Shown: one piece after another, positions 1-10,532 of the stretch
How the letters are laid out: every line of letters starts with the position of its first letter
Numbering within the stretch: the first letter of the stretch is position 1
From: Pirellulimonas nuda
GTDB taxonomy: Bacteria; Planctomycetota; Planctomycetia; Pirellulales; Lacipirellulaceae
DNA length: 64,000 nucleotides
Direction: 5' to 3'
NCBI RefSeq assembly: GCF_007750855.1
Contig: NZ_CP036291.1
Location: forward strand, 5,180,905 to 5,244,904
Notes under the pieces: model-generated
What the model saw: the letters and a program-made list of their open reading frames with translations, nothing else
The model's database searches: none
What the model was told of the DNA's origin: nothing
Program-made: the position numbers and the translations under genes

Positions 1-350
1 TGCCCTGGGCCGCGTGCATCTTGTCGCGGGCGCTGGCACTCCCCAGGTGGGTCAGCCCCGTTCCGGTCACCCACTGGTGGGCCGGGTCGCGGTGTGAGAC
101 GGGGGGGAGCAGCCGGCGCTGGGCGATCGCTTCGTCGTACGACAGCGAGTCGTCCGTGACGAGGCTGTCGATCAGCGTGCTCAGGTCGATTCCCTCCGTG
201 TAGGCGCGGGTGGCTAATTCGGCGACGTTGGCGCTTGACTGGCAAAGACGCAAGCGGTCGCCAGCCACTAGGGCGACGCGCTGCTGGTCTTGTGCGTCGA
301 GCAACTGCACCAGTCGCATGGTCGTACCGGGGTCGTGGGTCGGCGGTGAA

Positions 351-1514
351 CTATCTGGCGCCTTCGCGCTTTTGCCAGTTGTCTGCGAAGAGGTTGAAGT
401 GGGCTGTCTGCTGTGGGTGTTCGGCGATGAGCGCCTCGTCGACCTCTAACCCTAGTCCCGGCCCCTGCGGCAGCGGGAAGCAGCCGTCTGTGTCGAGTGC
501 GGGCAGCCCCGGCGCCGCGTCCAGCACGTACGGCTCGTCGAAGTCGTTGAAGTTTTCTTGGATGCGGAAGTTGGTGGTGCAGGCGGCCAGGTGGAGTGCG
601 GCGACCGTAGAGACCGGCCCCCCGACGTTGTGGGGCGCCATCTGCAGGTAGTAGGCGTCCGCCCAGCCGGCCAGCTTCTTGGTGTTCAGCAGGCCGCCGT
701 AGTGGGTGATGTCTACCTGAAGCACGTCGGCCGCTTGCAACTCCAGCAGCTCCGCGAACTCGTGCGGCGTGTGCATGCGCTCGCCCACGGCCACCGGCAC
801 GCCGAGCGGGCGGATCGCGTCGGCCACCTTCTTCAGGGTGCGGAGGTTCTCCGGCGGCACGGGCTCTTCGAACCAGCCGGGGTCGAACCGCGCCAGGTCG
901 CGCGCCAGCGCGATCGCGGTCGGCGGGCTGAACCGGCCGTGCATCTCAATCAGCAACTCAACGTCGGGCCCCACCGCGTCGCGGACCGCCTCGACCAGCG
1001 CGACCGACCGCAACCGCTCGCTCCGCTCGAGTTCGTAGAATCCTGGGCCAAAGGGGTCGAACTTCAATGCGCGGTAGCCGCGGGCCACCGCGGTCCGGGC
1101 CGCCTGCTGGAACTCGTCCGGCGTCCGCTCGACCTTGTACCAGCCGTTGGCGTAGGCCTTGATCCGATCGCGCACGGCGCCCCCGAGCAGCGCGTATACC
1201 GGCAGCCCCAGGGCCTTGCCCATGATGTCCCAGCAAGCCATCTCGATGACCGCGATGCCGGTCATCACTACCTCACCGGGGCGCCCGAAGTCGTTTCGGG
1301 AGAGCTTGTGAACCAGCGCCTCGATCCGCATCGGGTCGCTCCCCAAGAGGTGGCGGGGCGTCGTTTCCTTCAGGTACCCAAGCAGCGACTCGGTTCGGTT
1401 CAGCGCCCGGGCTTCGCCGTAGCCAACCAGCCCCTCGTCGGTCTCTACCTTGACGAAAGTCAGGTCGCGCCAAGGGGTCCCCAGCACTAGCGGCGTAACG
1501 CGGCTGATCTTCAT
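351..1514 (-). CDS. Enolase-superfamily (mandelate racemase/muconate lactonizing enzyme family) sugar-acid dehydratase
   Basis: 387-aa ORF with MR/MLE hallmarks (KFDP...ELLIEMHGR, EEPVPPEN, GERMHT). Divergent from the downstream phoD-like/gntP pair. Confidence 0.75.
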   Translation of the reverse strand: MKISRVTPLVLGTPWRDLTFVKVETDEGLVGYGEARALNRTESLLGYLKETTPRHLLGSDPMRIEALVHKLSRNDFGRPGEVVMTGIAVIEMACWDIMGKALGLPVYALLGGAVRDRIKAYANGWYKVERTPDEFQQAARTAVARGYRALKFDPFGPGFYELERSERLRSVALVEAVRDAVGPDVELLIEMHGRFSPPTAIALARDLARFDPGWFEEPVPPENLRTLKKVADAIRPLGVPVAVGERMHTPHEFAELLELQAADVLQVDITHYGGLLNTKKLAGWADAYYLQMAPHNVGGPVSTVAALHLAACTTNFRIQENFNDFDEPYVLDAAPGLPALDTDGCFPLPQGPGLGLEVDEALIAEHPQQTAHFNLFADNWQKREGAR

Positions 1515-1703
1515 GGGCGGAGCGGGGCGACGCGAACGCGGACTGATGACAAGCGGAAAAGAATCTAGAGAATGCGACTGACGTTTCGGTTAGACTACTT
1601 TCGACTTGCGGGTCTTGGCAAGGATGCGCCTGCCCGGCCGGTTCCTTGTCGCTTCTCGATCCCCACCCGTCCAACCGCTCTTCACCGCCAACGGGACCGC
1701 CCG

Positions 1704-3590
1704 ATGCGTACTCGTTCACTCCCGCTCTGGCTGCTCCCCTTTTCGCTCGGCTGGCTGGCCAACACCGCGGCTGCGTACGCGGACGATTCGGGGGCCCCGG
1801 CCGCGGGCGCCGAACAAGCCACCGCTACGATGTCGCACGGACCGATGCTCGGCCGGCCCAGAAGCCATGGGATGACCGTGTGGGCGCGGACCACGCGTCC
1901 CGCCGAGCTGATGGTCAAATACCGCGACACGCGAGGCGTTGGCGGCTGGAGAAGTTCGGCGGCGGTCGCCACGACGATCGAGCACGACCTGTGCGGTGTC
2001 GTCCAGCTCAAGGGTCTGGCCCCGGACGCGCAGTACGACTACGCCGTCTACGTCGATGGTCGCCGGCAGTTTCCCGCCGGCGACTTCCATACGCTCCCGG
2101 ACCCTCAGGAATTGAAGGACCCCGAGCTCAACCCCGAGGGGCTGTTCAACTTTTCATTCCAGTTCGCCTGCTGCAACAACCAAAGCCCAACTGACGGGCT
2201 CGGGCCGACGCTGCCGGCTTTCGACACGCTCAACCGGGACGTCGCCGGCAAGGTCGATTTCGCGATCCTCAACGGCGACTGGATTTACGAGGAAGACCGC
2301 GACTACCCCCCCGAGGCCTGGCGCCGTCAAGTGGGGCTGACGCATGAGAAGTCGCCCGCGATCGTCGACGTCATGCCCCAGGTCTGCGGTGTGTGGCAGA
2401 ATTACAAGACCTACGCCGCGCGAGCGCAGAACCTGCGCGCGTGGCACCGCCGTGTGCCGAGCTACTTTACGTTCGACGACCACGAACTGGTGAACGACAT
2501 CATCGCCAGCGGCGAGACCGGGTACCGCAACCGCCGCAGCGTGTTCCGCGACATTGCAATCGCCGGTTGGTTCGACTACCTCGGCTGGAGCACGCCGGCC
2601 GTTCACCAGCAACCCGTCCAGTTCGGGCGCTGCCGCCTGGCCGACGGGAGCGACGTTTTGTTCGACCCAGACGCTGATTTTTCGCGGCTCGACCTGCGTC
2701 AGGCCGGCAACCTGCACGTGCTATGGGGCACGCCCGACTCGGGGGTCAAGGACGTTCCGACCGGGGACGTGGTCGGGGGCGACCCCAACGCGAGGGTGTA
2801 CGACATCGTGAAGGTGATCGACCCCCACCGGCTGCGGATCACGCCTGCCGCGTCCGCGACCGGCGAGAGCGCGTACACGATCGGCCGCCGCTCGTACGGG
2901 GCTTTCCGCGTGGGCAATTGCGAGTTCTTCCTGCTCGACACACGCTCGCACCGCCAGTTGCACGACCTCCAGCGTCCCGACAAGCCGGGCCTCTCGATGC
3001 TGGGCAATCAGCAGGCAGACTGGCTGCTGCGGGCGATGCAGGCGAGCGACGCCGATTTCTTCTTTGTGGTCTCGTCCGTCAACTTCATGGTCCCCCACGT
3101 CGGGGGCGGCGGCCACCACTTCGACGCCGCGACTAAGGACGACGCCTGGACCGCCTTCTTGGACGAACGCGAACGCCTGATTGACGCCTGGGACGCCCTC
3201 GGCAAGCCGGTGTTCGTGCTCACCGGCGACCTCCACAACAGCTTCGCCGTGAAGATCACCGACAAAGTCTGGGAGTTCGCCGCGGGGCCCCACAACTCCG
3301 TCAACCACCGCCTCAGCGACGAAGGGGACCGCCCGCTGAACGGCGCCTTCCAGCACGGTCCGCGCCCGTGCGAGGTGCGTTGGTCCACCACTGCCTGGGA
3401 CGACATCCCCCGCGATCAGCGGATGTTTCCCCACTACTGCGTGGCGCGGGTCACCAATGTGCTGAACAACCCGGTCGAATTAGGTGGGACGCGCGCCATC
3501 GCTTACCCCAAGCCGATCGTGACCTTCACGTTCTACAACGCGCTCACCGGCGAGCCGGCGTACGCCGAAAGCATCCTCTCCGGAGAATAG
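1704..3590 (+). CDS. PhoD-like phosphatase / metallophosphoesterase (secreted)
   Basis: Sec signal MRTRSLPLWLLPFSLGWLANTAAAYA. PhoD-type motifs (DFAILNGDWIYEED, FTFDDHELVNDI, VLTGDLHNSF). Start taken at the internal ATG 1704 of ORF 1572..3590. Confidence 0.7.
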   Translation: MRTRSLPLWLLPFSLGWLANTAAAYADDSGAPAAGAEQATATMSHGPMLGRPRSHGMTVWARTTRPAELMVKYRDTRGVGGWRSSAAVATTIEHDLCGVVQLKGLAPDAQYDYAVYVDGRRQFPAGDFHTLPDPQELKDPELNPEGLFNFSFQFACCNNQSPTDGLGPTLPAFDTLNRDVAGKVDFAILNGDWIYEEDRDYPPEAWRRQVGLTHEKSPAIVDVMPQVCGVWQNYKTYAARAQNLRAWHRRVPSYFTFDDHELVNDIIASGETGYRNRRSVFRDIAIAGWFDYLGWSTPAVHQQPVQFGRCRLADGSDVLFDPDADFSRLDLRQAGNLHVLWGTPDSGVKDVPTGDVVGGDPNARVYDIVKVIDPHRLRITPAASATGESAYTIGRRSYGAFRVGNCEFFLLDTRSHRQLHDLQRPDKPGLSMLGNQQADWLLRAMQASDADFFFVVSSVNFMVPHVGGGGHHFDAATKDDAWTAFLDERERLIDAWDALGKPVFVLTGDLHNSFAVKITDKVWEFAAGPHNSVNHRLSDEGDRPLNGAFQHGPRPCEVRWSTTAWDDIPRDQRMFPHYCVARVTNVLNNPVELGGTRAIAYPKPIVTFTFYNALTGEPAYAESILSGE

Positions 3591-3593
3591 CCG

Positions 3594-4997
3594 ATGCCCG
3601 AACTCCCCCCGCTGGCGATCTTCGCGGTCGGCATCGTCACGGTGCTCGGCCTGATGATCGGCCTGAAGCTGCACGCCTTTGTGGCGCTCATCTGCGCTGC
3701 GCTGGTAGTGAGCCTGCTGAGCCCCGGCGACCCGGCCGACGTGGTGCCGCGGCTCACCAAGGCGTTGGGCGAGAGCGCGGGCAAGATCGCCGTCATCATC
3801 GCGATGGCGGCGGTCATCGGGCGGTGCATGCTCGACTCGGGCGCTGCCGACCGCATCGTGCAGGCCATGCTGCGCCTGTTCGGGCCCAAGCGTTCCAGCA
3901 CGGCGCTGGCAGCGAGCGGGTTCTTCCTCTCGGCGCCGGTCTTCTTCGACACGGTCTTCTTCTTGCTGGCGCCCCTGGCGCGGTCGCTCTACAAGCAGAC
4001 GCACCGCGACTACCTGAAGTACCTGATGGCGATCTGCGCCGGCGGCGTAGTCACCCACACGATGGTGCCCCCCACCCCCGGGCCGGTCGCGGCCGCCGAG
4101 GAGCTATCGGTCGGCTTCGGCATGATGATGCTGGTGGGCTCGGTCATCGGCGTGCCGATGGCGGTCGCGGGGCTCGCGTTCACCGCGTGGTGCAACCGGC
4201 GGATGCCGATCGCCATGCGCCCCTTCGCGGGTGACGACGAACCGCCGGAGACCGACGAGCCGGCCACGCTCCCCCTCCCACGCCTGATCCCTGCGCTGTT
4301 GCCGGTGGTGCTGCCGGTGCTGATGATCGCCACCGGCGCGCTTTCGAGCTACCTCGCAAAGGACGCCGACCCGGCCAGCTTCGCCGCCAGGTCCGCCCCC
4401 TACGGGGCGCTGGTCGGAAACCCCAGCCTGGCGCTCATCGCCTCGGCCGCGGTCGCGCTCACGCTGCTGGTCGCCATGCGGCGGCCGACGCGGCGCCAGG
4501 TCGCGGAACTGGTCGAAGAGTCGCTGGGCAGCGCCGCGGTCATCATCCTCATCACGGCCGCGGGGGGCGCGTTCGGCGCGATGCTGGCCGCGGCGGGGAT
4601 CGGCGGCGTGATCACCCAGCAGTTGGGCGACGTTTCGCAACTGGCCGACAAGGGCGAGCTGCTGCTGGTGATGGCGTTCGCCACCGCCTCGCTGCTCAAG
4701 TTCAGCCAGGGCTCCAGCACCGTGGCCATGACCACCACCAGCGCGCTGCTGGCCGGCGCGCTCTCCGACACGGGGCTGGCGGCGTTGCCGTTCCACCCCG
4801 TCTATCTGGCGGCCGCCATCGGCGCGGGCTCGCTGGTGGGCTCGTGGATGAACGACAGCGGGTTCTGGATCTACTGCAAGATGGGGGGCCTGACCGAGGT
4901 CGAGTCGCTCAAGACCTGGACCCCGCTGCTGGCGATCATGGGGACCGTCGGCCTGCTCACAACGCTCGTGGCGGCCAACGTCGCCCCGCTGCAATAA
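3594..4997 (+). CDS. GntP-family permease (gluconate/sugar-acid:H+ symporter-like)
   Basis: 467-aa polytopic membrane protein with the GntP/DsdX architecture. Starts 4 nt after the phoD-like stop, so likely translationally coupled. Confidence 0.75.
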   Translation: MPELPPLAIFAVGIVTVLGLMIGLKLHAFVALICAALVVSLLSPGDPADVVPRLTKALGESAGKIAVIIAMAAVIGRCMLDSGAADRIVQAMLRLFGPKRSSTALAASGFFLSAPVFFDTVFFLLAPLARSLYKQTHRDYLKYLMAICAGGVVTHTMVPPTPGPVAAAEELSVGFGMMMLVGSVIGVPMAVAGLAFTAWCNRRMPIAMRPFAGDDEPPETDEPATLPLPRLIPALLPVVLPVLMIATGALSSYLAKDADPASFAARSAPYGALVGNPSLALIASAAVALTLLVAMRRPTRRQVAELVEESLGSAAVIILITAAGGAFGAMLAAAGIGGVITQQLGDVSQLADKGELLLVMAFATASLLKFSQGSSTVAMTTTSALLAGALSDTGLAALPFHPVYLAAAIGAGSLVGSWMNDSGFWIYCKMGGLTEVESLKTWTPLLAIMGTVGLLTTLVAANVAPLQ

Positions 4998-5040
4998 GCC
5001 GCTGCTGCGCCGGCACGTTCGGGGTCACGACCCGTGTGGG

Positions 5041-6060
5041 CTACTCGTCTGCGCTGGGTTCTGGCCCGCAGAAGAAGGTCTTGATCTCGTCCATCGTGGC
5101 GTCTGTTTGGCCCCCCATTAGCACGTACACCATCGCTGCATCAGAGGCGTCCCCCTCGGCGTTCGCGTTATGCCCAAGCTCGGGGGCGCCGGCGGCCTTC
5201 AAGCGGGTCAGCAGCCACTCCCCCTTGGTCCCAGAGAACCCGAACCCCTGGACGGCGTCTCCGTAGTCAGCCAACCACTGCCAGTCCTTGACCCCTTGCC
5301 CCTTGCCCCCGCGGGGCCCCTGGTTCCAGGCCGATGAGTTCTGCGAGGGCTGCACCCCGCCGGTACGCCGGGCGTTCACCAGGGGAGAGCGGTAGTCGAT
5401 GAAGCGGGAAGCGGGAGCGAGCGTCTTCAGATTCTGCCAGTTGTTACGGTAGTCCTCGTGGTCGTCTCTCTTCGTCTTCTCGTTCGCGTCGCTGTGGGAG
5501 AAGAAGGTCGTGCTCCGGAGCGCTTCTTCCGTGGCGCCCTGGGCAATGGCCTCCTCAACGGCCAGGTACACCGTCTGCACGCCGCCGGCGCAGACAACCA
5601 TGAGCGGGTCGGAGGCCTTTGTCTTCTTGATCTCCCCGGCAAAGTGGTCGATGGCGTCTAGGCGTTCTTGTGGAGACCGGGCGACGTCGAAGAAGGCGTC
5701 GTTGCCATTCTCCTCTTCAATGATGCCGAAGAGAACGGCCGTTTGCAGCGCGCTCTTGCGGTGCTCCTGGGCGTGCGAGGGCGCACCGCCGAAATTGGTG
5801 TTGAAGTGGAAGTGAGCGATCCGGTCGGCCTTGCCGGCGCGGTCGAAGATGGCCACGGCCATGGCTGAACCCGCCACGTCATCGCGGTCCTGGTTGTAGC
5901 CGTCTGCCGAGTAGGCGTACCGGTAGGGCCCCGAGATTTCTGCCGGGAGCGACCCCCACTGCTTGTCGATCGCCGCGGCCATCTCTGGTCGCGCCGACTG
6001 CGACCAGCCGGTAGTCGCCGACGAGACAAAGCACGCCATCAACATTGCCAGAATGCGCAT
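5041..6060 (-). CDS. Hypothetical secreted protein
   Basis: 339-aa ORF with N-terminal signal peptide (MRILAMLMACFVSSATTG). No family recognised from sequence. Confidence 0.45.
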   Translation of the reverse strand: MRILAMLMACFVSSATTGWSQSARPEMAAAIDKQWGSLPAEISGPYRYAYSADGYNQDRDDVAGSAMAVAIFDRAGKADRIAHFHFNTNFGGAPSHAQEHRKSALQTAVLFGIIEEENGNDAFFDVARSPQERLDAIDHFAGEIKKTKASDPLMVVCAGGVQTVYLAVEEAIAQGATEEALRSTTFFSHSDANEKTKRDDHEDYRNNWQNLKTLAPASRFIDYRSPLVNARRTGGVQPSQNSSAWNQGPRGGKGQGVKDWQWLADYGDAVQGFGFSGTKGEWLLTRLKAAGAPELGHNANAEGDASDAAMVYVLMGGQTDATMDEIKTFFCGPEPSADE

Positions 6061-6126
6061 CGCTGCCCTCCTTTGCGTTCTGTCGTTCTGTCGCTCGACC
6101 GCTCGCCCCCGATCCCCAACCGCCCG

Positions 6127-6933
6127 CTAGACCTGCGAGAACGCCGCCGGCTTCAAGAACAACTTCTCGATCTTAGACACCGTGTCGGCGTAGCGCGGCA
6201 GGTCTTTCATCGCCGCCCAGTCGGGGTGGCCGATGAACCCCTTCCAGCCCGCCTCGTTGGCCGTCATGTCGTCGGCGGCCAGCATGTACTTCAGGTTGGG
6301 CAGCCCGGGGCCGATCAGCGACTCGCCGAAGAACACCGTCTCGAACCCCGCCTTGCGGAAGATCGGGATCTCGCCTTCGTTGAACATCTCTACCTTGCGA
6401 CGCGCCTTGGCCTCGCTGTGGCTGTGGTAGGTCCGCAGCTCCAGCACCCGCGGCCGCTGGCGCGGGGTCTGCAGCTTCGGCTGACCTGCAAATGCGACGA
6501 GCAGCGAGCTGTCGATCTGCCCGAACGCGGGGTCGTCCTTCCCCGCCGCCAGGTAGCCGGCCGCGGCGTCGCGGTAGGGGGCGTCTGCTTCGAGGCCGGT
6601 GCGCTCGCCGAGCAACTGCTCGTGCGTGTCAAACGTCAGCAGCACGTGCACGTCGCTGCCGGCCTGCGGGCCGATCTCGGTGAACACCCCCACGGGGCCG
6701 ATCCCCAACCGGCCCCAGGCGGGTAGCGCCGCGGACTTTAGGTACTCCAGCACCCGAGCCTGCTGCGACGCCCCGGCCAGGCGCATCGACCGCCACTCGT
6801 AGAACTGGCGCCCCGCCGCGGGCGGACCGGCCCCTTCCTGCGAGGCGGCCTGCGCCAGGCCGCTGGCGGCGCCCCAGGCGCCGGCAACCGCGGCGGACTG
6901 CGAAAGAAACTGTCGACGGGGGAGTGCGGCCAT
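6127..6933 (-). CDS. NIPSNAP-family protein with Tat signal
   Basis: Twin-arginine signal MAALPRRQFLSQSAAVAGAWGAA...AQA. C-terminal half resembles the NIPSNAP dimeric alpha/beta-barrel repeat. ORF in the track extends to 6969. Confidence 0.55.
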   Translation of the reverse strand: MAALPRRQFLSQSAAVAGAWGAASGLAQAASQEGAGPPAAGRQFYEWRSMRLAGASQQARVLEYLKSAALPAWGRLGIGPVGVFTEIGPQAGSDVHVLLTFDTHEQLLGERTGLEADAPYRDAAAGYLAAGKDDPAFGQIDSSLLVAFAGQPKLQTPRQRPRVLELRTYHSHSEAKARRKVEMFNEGEIPIFRKAGFETVFFGESLIGPGLPNLKYMLAADDMTANEAGWKGFIGHPDWAAMKDLPRYADTVSKIEKLFLKPAAFSQV

Positions 6934-7374
6934 AGGAGCTATTTCGAAGAGGGGACGGGATGGAACCAAACCGAGCCGATGCGGACTAGCCTAACCCACC
7001 AAACCCCCGTCGCCAGCCCAGGGGTCCAGGCGAGCCTAGCCAAGTTTTCCCCCCGGCCGTGGGGGAAGGCCGCTCTGGGCGCCCAACCCATGTCTAAACG
7101 GCTCCGCGAAAGCCCGCCGACGCTTGTCGGCCGCGAGGCAGCGGGGATATTTCTTGGAGCAATCGTCGCGACGCCTCGCGAGGCCTGTTGAATCCTGCGG
7201 CTCGGCTGCGTTATTGAGGGTGGGGGACGCGAGGACGCGGGGCGCCGGCGTTGCAGCGCCCCGCGTCCTCGAAAACCGCCTGCCAATCCGTTCTTCGACC
7301 GGCTGCTAAGATCCTTCGAGGCGCCTACCCTACCAAAACCCAGCCCCGGTTGTCCCCTACCCAGCGGAATACCT

Positions 7375-8709
7375 TTGATCAAACGCTACCCCCCGTCTGC
7401 CCTGCTCCGCACGATCGCCGGCGGATTGCTCGCTTTCGCTGGCTGCGGGCAAGGCCCCCCGGTTCAGGTGGTCGAGGTGACCGCCGTCGCGGCCTCCAAT
7501 GACAGCGTTAAGCCGCTCGAGTTCTCGGCGGCCGACTGGCCGCAGTGGCGGGGGGCGACCATCGACGGCGCCACGAACGCCACCGGGCTGGCCACCCAGT
7601 GGGACGCCTCGACCAACATCGCCTGGAAGGCAGACGTGCCGGGCCGCGGCCACTCGTCGCCGATCGTCATTGGGGACACCATCTACCTCGCCTCGGCGGT
7701 TACCGGCCCCGACCGCCAGGTGGTGCTGGCCTACGACCGGGCGACCGGCCAGAAGCGTTGGGAGACCACGGTCCACGAAGGGGGCTTCCCGAGCGACCGC
7801 CAGGTGCACCAGAAGGGGTCCAACGCCAACGGCACGCTGGCCAGCGACGGCGAGCGCGTGTTCGCCACCTTCCTGAACGACGGCAAGATCGTCGCCACCG
7901 CGCTCGACACCGCGGGCAAGCAGGCGTGGCAGCAAGAGCTGGGCGCGTTCCGCCCCAAGTTCGGCTACGCCCCGTCGCCGGTGCTGTACCGGTCGTTGGT
8001 GATCGTGCCGGCCGACAACGCCGGCGGCGCGTTCATCGCCGCGCTCGACCGCGAGTCGGGCGAGATCGTCTGGCGCCGCAAACGGGCGAACATCGACACC
8101 TACTCGTCGGCCCTGCTGGCCACGATCGCCGGCCGCGACCAACTGGTGATCACCGGCGGCGACAAACTCGCCAGCTACGACCCCGCGACCGGCGAGGAGC
8201 TGTGGACCTGCCAGGCGATCTCCGAGGCCACCTGCGGCACGCCGATCACCAACGGGACCGAGATCTTCGCCAGCGGCGGCTTCCCCGCCCGGCAAACGGT
8301 CTGCGTCGCCGGCGACGGCACGGGCGAGACCCTCTGGAGCAACAACACCAAGGTCTACGAGCCCTCGATGCTGCTGGCGGGAGGGAACCTGTTCGCCGTG
8401 ACCGACGAGGGGATCGGCTGGTGCTGGGACGCGGCCACCGGCGCGGTGAAGTGGAAGCAGCGGATCGGCGGCGCCTTCAGCGCCTCCCCCATCCTCAGCG
8501 GCAACCTGGTCTACGTCCCCAACCTCTCCGGCGAAACGGTCGTCTTCGAGGCGAGCTCCGAGGGCTACCACGAGGTCGCCCGCAACCCGCTGGGGGACGA
8601 CTGCTACGCCAGCCCCGCGGTAAGCGGCAGCGACCTGTTCCTGCGCGTGGGCGTCGGTTCCGGCGACCAGCGGAAAGAGCAGCTCGTGTGCATCCGACCC
8701 GCAACTTAA
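7375..8709 (+). CDS. PQQ-like beta-propeller repeat lipoprotein (BamB-like)
   Basis: Lipobox LAFAGCGQG. Repeated W/G-rich beta-propeller blades (WPQWRG, PQQ-like repeats). Confidence 0.7.
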   Translation: MIKRYPPSALLRTIAGGLLAFAGCGQGPPVQVVEVTAVAASNDSVKPLEFSAADWPQWRGATIDGATNATGLATQWDASTNIAWKADVPGRGHSSPIVIGDTIYLASAVTGPDRQVVLAYDRATGQKRWETTVHEGGFPSDRQVHQKGSNANGTLASDGERVFATFLNDGKIVATALDTAGKQAWQQELGAFRPKFGYAPSPVLYRSLVIVPADNAGGAFIAALDRESGEIVWRRKRANIDTYSSALLATIAGRDQLVITGGDKLASYDPATGEELWTCQAISEATCGTPITNGTEIFASGGFPARQTVCVAGDGTGETLWSNNTKVYEPSMLLAGGNLFAVTDEGIGWCWDAATGAVKWKQRIGGAFSASPILSGNLVYVPNLSGETVVFEASSEGYHEVARNPLGDDCYASPAVSGSDLFLRVGVGSGDQRKEQLVCIRPAT

Positions 8710-8952
8710 GCAAGGAACCCCGCGGGTCAGGCTCTGCCTGACGCAGCTTGGGGCCCTCGTACTCTCGCCAAAGGTTTGGGTGCGCCCCGGCGGAAGAAGC
8801 CTGTTTCAGCACGCCGCGCCATCAGGGCGCCGGCCGCGTTGGGCTGCAACCTCGGCTCGGGGCCGGCGCCCCCGTGAGTGGCGCTCGCCGAGGCTGCTTG
8901 CTATACTGTTGCGACCTGAGCAATTCGCTTCTTCTCAACCAGGGCAAGACAT

Positions 8953-10410
8953 TTGGCAAACTCAATCCATCCGACGGCCGCGGGTGACGCAGAAGTTACG
9001 GCCGCACGCGCGGACGCGGCGTCTCAAACAGCAGCGCCTCAGGTCGTCTCGCCGCGGTACGTTTTCCCCTTTATCTTAGTTACCTCGCTGTTCGCCCTGT
9101 GGGGGTTTGCGAACGACGTGACCAACCCGATGGTCAAGTCGTTTCAGCAGATTTTTCAGTTGCCCGCTTGGCAGGGCAACCTGGTGCAGATGGCCTTCTA
9201 CGGCGGCTACGCCACGATGGCCATCCCCGCCGCGTTGGTGATCCGCAAGATCTCGTTCAAGGCGGGCATCGTCATCGGATTGGCGCTGTACGCCATCGGG
9301 GCGCTGCTGTTCATCCCGGCGAGCATCAGCCAGAACTACTGGCTGTTTCTTGGCTGCTTCTACATCATCACGTTCGGCCTGGCGTTCTTGGAGACCTCGG
9401 CCAACCCCTACATCCTCTCGATGGGCGACCTGCGTACCGCGACGCGTCGGCTGAACCTGGCCCAAGCGTTTAATCCCGTGGGCTCGCTGACGGGCATGTT
9501 TGTCGCGGCCGTGCTGGTGCTGCCCAACCTGCAGGTGAACGAGTTCCGCCAGCAGCATATCGACGCGAACCCTCAGTACAAGGAAATGGGGATCTCGCCC
9601 GGCGAGATCGGCCAGAACGTGTCGGCGGCCATGGAGACGTTCTCGGTAGAGGAGCCCGAAGCGTACGCGGCCCTCAGGACGCACGACCTGGGGGTCATCC
9701 GCGTGCCGTACGTGGCGATCGCCATCGTGGTGCTCGGCGTCTTGATCGCGTTCCTGTTCTCGCACATGCCGCACACCGGGCACAGCGAAGACCCCATCCA
9801 CCTGACCGAAACGCTGGCGAACCTGGCGACCTTCAAGTACCTGGGGGGGGTGCTCGCGCAGGGGCTGTACGTTGGCGCGCAAATCATGTGCTGGACCAAC
9901 ATCATCGAGTACGGCATGAGCGTCTTGGGCGTCACGGCGTCGGCGGCGCAGTGGTACAACATCGCCGGCATGTGCCTGTTCCTCTGCAGCCGCTTTGTCT
10001 GGACCTACGTGTTGGGCTTCGTCCGCCCGGGGCTGCTGCTGGGGGTGTTGGCGATCGGCGGGATCGCGTTCAGCCTGGGGTCGGTGGTGCTGCCGGCCCA
10101 GGCCGGCATTATCAGCCTGGTGCTGGTCTCTACCTGCATGGCCGCGATGTTCCCCACCATCTACGGCATCGCGCTGGATGGGCTTACCGTCGACGACGCC
10201 AAGCTGGGCTCCGCGGGCTTGATCTTCGCGATCGTCGGCGGTGCGTTGATGCCGCCGCTGCAGGGGTACGTGATCGACTGGGGGAGCGGCTTCTGGGGCG
10301 ACCCCACCACCGCGGTCCGCGCCTCGTTCATGCTGCCGGCGGCCTGCTTTGTGTTCGTCGCGGTGTACGGGTTCATGGTGAATACCCGCGGCGGCCGGAC
10401 AACGGCATAA
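8953..10410 (+). CDS. fucP: MFS L-fucose:H+ symporter (FucP family)
   Basis: 485 aa with 12 TM segments and FucP/glucose-galactose transporter-like sequence. Directly upstream of the L-fuconate dehydratase gene. Confidence 0.8.
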   Translation: MANSIHPTAAGDAEVTAARADAASQTAAPQVVSPRYVFPFILVTSLFALWGFANDVTNPMVKSFQQIFQLPAWQGNLVQMAFYGGYATMAIPAALVIRKISFKAGIVIGLALYAIGALLFIPASISQNYWLFLGCFYIITFGLAFLETSANPYILSMGDLRTATRRLNLAQAFNPVGSLTGMFVAAVLVLPNLQVNEFRQQHIDANPQYKEMGISPGEIGQNVSAAMETFSVEEPEAYAALRTHDLGVIRVPYVAIAIVVLGVLIAFLFSHMPHTGHSEDPIHLTETLANLATFKYLGGVLAQGLYVGAQIMCWTNIIEYGMSVLGVTASAAQWYNIAGMCLFLCSRFVWTYVLGFVRPGLLLGVLAIGGIAFSLGSVVLPAQAGIISLVLVSTCMAAMFPTIYGIALDGLTVDDAKLGSAGLIFAIVGGALMPPLQGYVIDWGSGFWGDPTTAVRASFMLPAACFVFVAVYGFMVNTRGGRTTA

Positions 10411-10532
10411 GCCAGGTTCATCCATTGAACCCTTGCAAACGCCACGCAGCGGGCGCCGGGCCCGTTCAACCGCCAAGCAGAGCCACACACACAGTTCGAA
10501 CCGTCCCGCGGCAGCGGGCGACCAGCACGACC

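Noticed and set aside
558-1490. Long antisense ORFs opposite confidently called genes (e.g. 558..1490, 7357..8571, 9076..10488, 10797..11627, 19637..20350, 20962..22833, 46926..49004, 52438..53538, 60443..61423)
   Set aside because: Shadow ORFs in a ~68% GC genome. The translations are Arg/Ala/Gly/Pro-rich low-complexity. Each is fully contained in a gene on the opposite strand that has clear family signatures.
7237-7272. Perfect 12-bp GC hairpin (GACGCGGGGCGC...GCGCCCCGCGTC) upstream of the PQQ-repeat gene as a terminator
   Set aside because: No U-run follows on either strand, and it lies between two divergently transcribed genes. It is more likely a structural or regulatory palindrome than an intrinsic terminator, and I cannot assign a function from sequence alone.
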